In this document: in pieces, positions 59,173 to 64,000 of the stretch
Layout of the letters: the number at the start of each line of letters is the position of its first letter
Position numbering within the stretch: position 1 is the first letter of the stretch
Assembly: GCA_043797085.1 (NCBI GenBank)
Contig: JAZDQA010000014.1
Coordinates: 64,001 to 128,000, forward strand
From: Pseudomonadota bacterium
Lineage (GTDB): Bacteria > Campylobacterota > Campylobacteria > Campylobacterales > Sulfurimonadaceae
DNA length: 64,000 nucleotides
Direction: 5' to 3'
The notes under the pieces: generated by a model
Database searches by the model: none
Told to the model about the DNA's origin: nothing
What the model saw: the letters and a program-made list of their open reading frames with translations, nothing else
Program-made: the position numbers and the translations under genes

Positions 59173-61518
59173 ATGGCTGACGAGCAAGAAGAGATAATCA
59201 TCATCGAAGAGTCCGACGCTGCAGGCGTTGTGGCAACCGAATCAAAGGATGATGAGAGCGCTAAAGAAAAGTCGTCTTTTTCTAAAAAGAAAATACTAAT
59301 TATTGCGGGAGCGATTGGTGTTTTATTGCTTGGAGGCGGCGGTATCACCTTCGCTCTTCTCTCACACTCAGGAGGGGAAGATATACCGCTCAAAGAAGAA
59401 CAGCTCATTTCCTCTAAAAATCCCGAAGAGCCAAAAATAGAACCCAGCGAGCTTGAAAATATGATCGAGCGGGCAAACTACATGTACGCCAACGGCAATC
59501 AAGTCGAAGCTCTCAAATTGTTTGAAAGAATTGCCCTTTATTCGGAGTCGATTTCACAATACAATCTTGGTGTCGTAAGGCTCAAAGAAAAAGAATACAG
59601 TTCCGCTTTAGAAAACTTCAAGCGTTCTATTTCTATGTCTGAAAACCGTTGTGTCAGCGCGCTGAATGCTGCGGTTTGCTGTCTCCATTTAAAGCAGCAA
59701 GAAAACTTTGAGTATTACATCGATTTGGCGCATGCTTATTTAAATACTGAAAGCACGTCTCCTATGTACTCGTACTATTATTCTTTAATCAATTACTATC
59801 GCGGAAATTATTTGGAAGCACTCAGCGCACTGAACCATCCGACAACTTCTGAGTATCAATTGACACAAAACAGGCTCAAAGCTTCTATTGATACTCTTTA
59901 TGGAAATTACAGCGGGGCTATTGAGACACTTGAGAATCCTATGCAAGAAACAGATTCATTTTCGCTTGGCTTACTGTATGCCAATAACGGAAATTTACCA
60001 CGGGCTCGTGATTATTTCAATAACGCAATAATTCAAAATAAAAAACCCATACAAGAGAGCCTCTCTTTGGTTTTTGTGGATCTCAAACTAGGACAGCATC
60101 AAGAAGCGAGTGAGGTTCTAAGAAAGATAAGTGATAAATTTCCGGATGATGTCTATACACCCTATCCGATCAAAGTATTTTTAAAACCAACGTTGTTTAA
60201 TACCAATACGATGCAGACAGCATATCGAACCATAAATGCAAAAGTTCATCCACAAACCTATCCAAAGATTTTTGCCTTTACTCCCTATAAAATCTTTAAT
60301 GCCAATCAAACCATCAGCTATATCCGTAAAGGAAATGCTAATATTTACATTGATGATATTGTCTCTGCCAAAGAATATCTTGAAAAAAGTTCACATGCGT
60401 CCGACATTGATTACGGTATCGCTCTCGCCGTTCAAAAGGCGCTGAACTTTCGGTTGCGCGATGCGAATGCTCAACTGAAAAAGCTCCTTTTAACGCATCC
60501 TCAACACTCCATTTTGCACTACAATTTGGCGCTAACCTACGCGCAATTAGGGGATTATACCAAAGCGTATGATCATTTTTTACGCTCGTATCATCTTGAT
60601 GCCAATAACTATCTCTCAGGTATTTTTGCCCTCATGACCTCCGAGATGATCTCAAAACCAAATCCAAAACTTATCGCAATTCTAAAAGAAAACCTCTCGC
60701 AAGAACCAAAAACGGAAGAGTCTGACTTGTATCAAACACTTCTATCGATAAGTGAAAACAATTATCCTTCATCCAGTCGCTGGCTCGATAACCGCTACAA
60801 AGAACGCCCCTTGTATTTGGTGATGAAAATTATTATAGCCCAAGAGTTAGGGATGGAGGAAGAAGCGAAAAAAGCTTCCGAAAAACTAACCTACACTCAA
60901 CCGCGTGACACCCTGCCGCACTTGCTCTACATCGATACGCATTTTAATAACGAGGGACCTAAAGCGTATGCGCGCTTAGCGCTTAACTATCTAAAAAAAC
61001 AAAAATTAAGCAATGAAGACATCTATTTTGGTCCTCAAATCGTACGAGATAAAGCTATTGCCATGGCAGCCATTACCGGTAAACTTGGACCCTTGATTCA
61101 AAATCTTGAAACTAAACTTCAAACCACAACTGAAAATCGTGCCAACCTCACAACCGCTCTCGCTCTTGCAAACTTTTACAATCAAGATTATGAAAAATCG
61201 TATGCCCTATACAATGATGCAGTTGATACCTACAAGCTCACCGACGAACGAACCCTCTTTAACGCGGCATCGGCGTCTATTGGAGCAGGGCATTACCAAA
61301 ATGCGATTGCCCTGCTAGAACTCTCAAAAATGACCAATCCTAACTATCTAGAAAACCGATATGCACTTGGATTGCTCTACATGCAAGTTCAAAACAATCC
61401 CGCAGCCATCATCCAATTTAGTAAAATGGGAAATAGTGGGTTTAAATCCAATACGTTTGATTTTAAAATTGATACGGACAAGCTTGCTCTTGAACCTAAA
61501 GAATATCATCCTCTCTAA
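59173..61518 (+). CDS. pflB: Membrane-anchored TPR protein, PflB-like flagellar motor accessory
   Basis: Acidic N-terminus, single TM, multiple TPRs (YNLG, HYNLAL); directly after serS as in Campylobacter. Confidence 0.7.
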   Translation: MADEQEEIIIIEESDAAGVVATESKDDESAKEKSSFSKKKILIIAGAIGVLLLGGGGITFALLSHSGGEDIPLKEEQLISSKNPEEPKIEPSELENMIERANYMYANGNQVEALKLFERIALYSESISQYNLGVVRLKEKEYSSALENFKRSISMSENRCVSALNAAVCCLHLKQQENFEYYIDLAHAYLNTESTSPMYSYYYSLINYYRGNYLEALSALNHPTTSEYQLTQNRLKASIDTLYGNYSGAIETLENPMQETDSFSLGLLYANNGNLPRARDYFNNAIIQNKKPIQESLSLVFVDLKLGQHQEASEVLRKISDKFPDDVYTPYPIKVFLKPTLFNTNTMQTAYRTINAKVHPQTYPKIFAFTPYKIFNANQTISYIRKGNANIYIDDIVSAKEYLEKSSHASDIDYGIALAVQKALNFRLRDANAQLKKLLLTHPQHSILHYNLALTYAQLGDYTKAYDHFLRSYHLDANNYLSGIFALMTSEMISKPNPKLIAILKENLSQEPKTEESDLYQTLLSISENNYPSSSRWLDNRYKERPLYLVMKIIIAQELGMEEEAKKASEKLTYTQPRDTLPHLLYIDTHFNNEGPKAYARLALNYLKKQKLSNEDIYFGPQIVRDKAIAMAAITGKLGPLIQNLETKLQTTTENRANLTTALALANFYNQDYEKSYALYNDAVDTYKLTDERTLFNAASASIGAGHYQNAIALLELSKMTNPNYLENRYALGLLYMQVQNNPAAIIQFSKMGNSGFKSNTFDFKIDTDKLALEPKEYHPL

Positions 61519-61522
61519 AGCT

Positions 61523-62239
61523 TTATCCAACCATCCGTCGAACAAGATAATACGTTGCGCGCAGAGGTCCATACAAAAGATACAGTGCACCAAGCAAAGC
61601 CATCCCCTCGATAGGATACACAAATACCATCAACGCGAGTACAATCACCCCGATTAAAAAACGGGTAAAGTGGATAGCTCTCATATTGAGTTTTTTGAAA
61701 CTTGGATAGCGAATATTGCTCACCATAAGAACCGATAAGAGTACTGAAAGAGGTAAAAGAAGCACATGAATATGAGAAATTTGCTCATAGCGTTCCATGA
61801 GTAAAATAGCCGTTGCAATCATTATAGCCGCTGTAGGAATAGGAAGACCGATAAACACCGAAGGCTCTATTCGTGACGTCATAACATTAAAACGAGCCAA
61901 TCTCACTGCACCAAAGATGATAAACAATGCACTGGCAACAATACCGATGCGACCGTATTCATCACCGATATAGAGATACATCAGCAATGCAGGAGCAACC
62001 CCAAATGCCACAATATCTGCCAAGGAATCAAACTCAACACCAAAATGGCTCGCAGTATTGGTTAAACGGGCAACACGTCCATCCAGACCATCAAAAATCA
62101 AGGCAAGAAAGATAAACCATGCTGCACTCTCAAATGAGCTTTGCAAAGCAAGAGAGATAGAATAAAAACCGGAAAATATAGAAGCAGCAGTGAAAAAATT
62201 TGGGAGAAGGTAGGCGATGGGCGGAGGATCTTTACGCAT
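61523..62239 (-). CDS. pssA: CDP-diacylglycerol-serine O-phosphatidyltransferase
   Basis: LPNFFT, DGLDGRVAR..FGVEFDSLAD, RLARFN. Confidence 0.95.
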   Translation of the reverse strand: MRKDPPPIAYLLPNFFTAASIFSGFYSISLALQSSFESAAWFIFLALIFDGLDGRVARLTNTASHFGVEFDSLADIVAFGVAPALLMYLYIGDEYGRIGIVASALFIIFGAVRLARFNVMTSRIEPSVFIGLPIPTAAIMIATAILLMERYEQISHIHVLLLPLSVLLSVLMVSNIRYPSFKKLNMRAIHFTRFLIGVIVLALMVFVYPIEGMALLGALYLLYGPLRATYYLVRRMVG

Positions 62240-62876
62240 TAAAGCGTCCAATGACGCTCTCACCTGCTCGCACATCAGCGCCTGGATGAACTTTTAAAGT
62301 AACATCGCTTGGGAGATAAAGAATGGTTCTGCCACGAGCTAAAAATCCATAGCGAGACCCTTCTTTCATCTTATCACCCGCTTCGCCCTCAATAGCTATC
62401 GGAAAACAGCTTCGATCACTCAGATGTTCCATAAAGATTTCATTGCCTTCAACAGATTTAAAAGAGAGAACTACTTTTTCATTTAGTTCCTCAGAGAGTG
62501 GATGATGCAGCGCCAATGAAACGCCATGACGAATACGAGAGCCTTCCATAACACCATCAAAAGGGGCACGCAACATGGAGACATTCCACAGCCCGTTAAG
62601 AAGGGTAATTTTTTTCATCATCCGGTCGTTGATAAGGGTATCTTCAATCCCTAAAACAACTCCATCAACACTGCTAATAATAGAAGAAGTTTCTCCCAGC
62701 ACGGCATTGCGCTCAGGGTTTCGAAATAAAAGGAGAAAGGCAATCAGCAGTGCGCCAACTAGAAATTGGAAAAGATGTAATCCCGTCATTATAAAAAAGA
62801 GCAAAAAAGTTGCTGTCAATATAATTGGAAGCCATCCTTGCTTAGAGAGGATAAAAGTGTCATTTTGAACGCTCAT
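62232..62876 (-). CDS. Phosphatidylserine decarboxylase-related protein (degenerate active site)
   Basis: FRNPER, DG, RAP and NE motifs present, but the FGS cleavage motif is missing. Confidence 0.8.
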   Translation of the reverse strand: MSVQNDTFILSKQGWLPIILTATFLLFFIMTGLHLFQFLVGALLIAFLLLFRNPERNAVLGETSSIISSVDGVVLGIEDTLINDRMMKKITLLNGLWNVSMLRAPFDGVMEGSRIRHGVSLALHHPLSEELNEKVVLSFKSVEGNEIFMEHLSDRSCFPIAIEGEAGDKMKEGSRYGFLARGRTILYLPSDVTLKVHPGADVRAGESVIGRFNA

Positions 62877-62885
62877 CTATTGCTC

Positions 62886-64000
62886 CTATTCATCGATTAG
62901 AATTTTATTGGTCGACGATTTATCTTTACGAGGCTCGAGTTTTGTCTCAATAGCATTCTCAATTTCAAATTTTTCAATAATGCTACGGACTTGATCCCCT
63001 GTAATATTTTCTTTTGCGTACAGTAATTCTACCATTTTTTCGATAGCATCACGATATTCTTCAAGACGTATTTTAACTTCTACATAACGCTCTTGAAGAG
63101 TACTTTTAATAAAGCTATCCATCTCTTCAGCCATTTTTTCACTGTATTCTTTGGCTTGCGTCATTCCGCCGCCCAAGAATGTACTGCGCTGTTTTTCGAG
63201 AACCATCAATCCGGCAACATCACTCATACCATACATTTGAACCATTGCTTTAAGAATATCGGTCGTTCGCTCCAAGTCATTGGCTGCACCCGTACTTATT
63301 TCTCCAATAAACACCTCTTCAGCTGCACGTCCTGCGAGCAATACATCAATCTCTGCAATCAATTCATGACGCTGCATCAAATATTTATTCTCTTCAGGGG
63401 TATTAAGAGTATAACCAAGCGCCGCCAATCCGCGAGGAACAATAGAAACTTTCGAAACTTTTTTAGCTCCCTTGGTTGTCTCAGCCAAAAGTGCATGACC
63501 GCTCTCATGATACGCAACGATGCGCTTCTCTTTTTCATCTATTCTGCGGCTCTTTTTAGAAAGACCTGCAATAGCCCGCTCAACCGCTTCGCGTAAATCG
63601 GCTTGTCGAACCGTCTTTTGACTTTTTCGTCCTGCAAGTAATGCCGCTTCATTCACGATATTTGCCAAATCAGCCCCTGCAAGACCTGCTGTTAGACGTG
63701 CAATCTCTTCAAGATCGGCATCACTGTCAATTTTAACACCTTTGACATGAACATTTAAAATATCAATACGACCCTGATAGTCAGGCTTGTCTACCAATAC
63801 TTGACGATCAAATCGTCCCGGACGAAGCAGTGCGGGATCGAGGATTTCAGGACGATTGGTTGCTGCCAAAATAATAACCGGCGTATCCGTACCAAATCCG
63901 TCCATCTCTGCTAGAAGCTGATTAAGGGTTTGCTCGCGCTCATCGTTACCGCCCATCATTCCGCCCGCTGCACGACTTTTACCAATGGCATCAATCTCGT
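62886..64000 (-). CDS. ftsH: ATP-dependent zinc metalloprotease FtsH (3' part; 5' end outside the window)
   Basis: EREQTLNQLL, ALLRPGRFDR, HESGH. Confidence 0.97.
   Translation of the reverse strand, partial: EIDAIGKSRAAGGMMGGNDEREQTLNQLLAEMDGFGTDTPVIILAATNRPEILDPALLRPGRFDRQVLVDKPDYQGRIDILNVHVKGVKIDSDADLEEIARLTAGLAGADLANIVNEAALLAGRKSQKTVRQADLREAVERAIAGLSKKSRRIDEKEKRIVAYHESGHALLAETTKGAKKVSKVSIVPRGLAALGYTLNTPEENKYLMQRHELIAEIDVLLAGRAAEEVFIGEISTGAANDLERTTDILKAMVQMYGMSDVAGLMVLEKQRSTFLGGGMTQAKEYSEKMAEEMDSFIKSTLQERYVEVKIRLEEYRDAIEKMVELLYAKENITGDQVRSIIEKFEIENAIETKLEPRKDKSSTNKILIDE

Overview
This window is a chromosome segment of a Campylobacterota bacterium, probably Sulfuricurvum/Sulfurimonas-like. 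That assignment is inferred from the gene orders pyrH-rpoZ-spoT-tyrS-fabX-amiA, cbpA-hspR, serS-pflB and ftsH-psd-pssA, and from the 'IAHQWRQP' kinase H-box. There are three zones. (1) 1-3904 is the right end of a small integrated element. It has a Rep_trans-like replication initiator behind a long hairpin-rich leader, two AT-rich HEPN/AbiJ-like cargo genes, and a tRNA-Ser 3'-end duplicate (att) with arm-type repeats. (2) About 4040-29190 is an accessory region. It holds a MacAB-TolC-type exporter, nnrS with an Nss/FNR-type box, a resolvase scar, three diguanylate cyclases, an arsenic resistance cluster, detoxification genes and an orphan RES-domain gene followed by an attC-like start and a REPIN. 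It also has a signalling operon made of a winged-helix-LOV fusion, a CheB-CheR-histidine kinase fusion and a REC-PAS-GGDEF protein. (3) 29246-64000 is mostly core genes, plus a YbjN-like/trypsin protease pair, a DUF2946-like RSPP leader peptide before a TonB-dependent receptor, and tandem monoheme cytochromes c. The best candidates for undescribed systems are the wHTH-LOV/CheBR-HK/DGC operon, the Rep_trans element with its HEPN pair, the RSPP leader/TBDR module and the YbjN-protease pair. All family assignments come from motif recognition by eye; no database searches were run.
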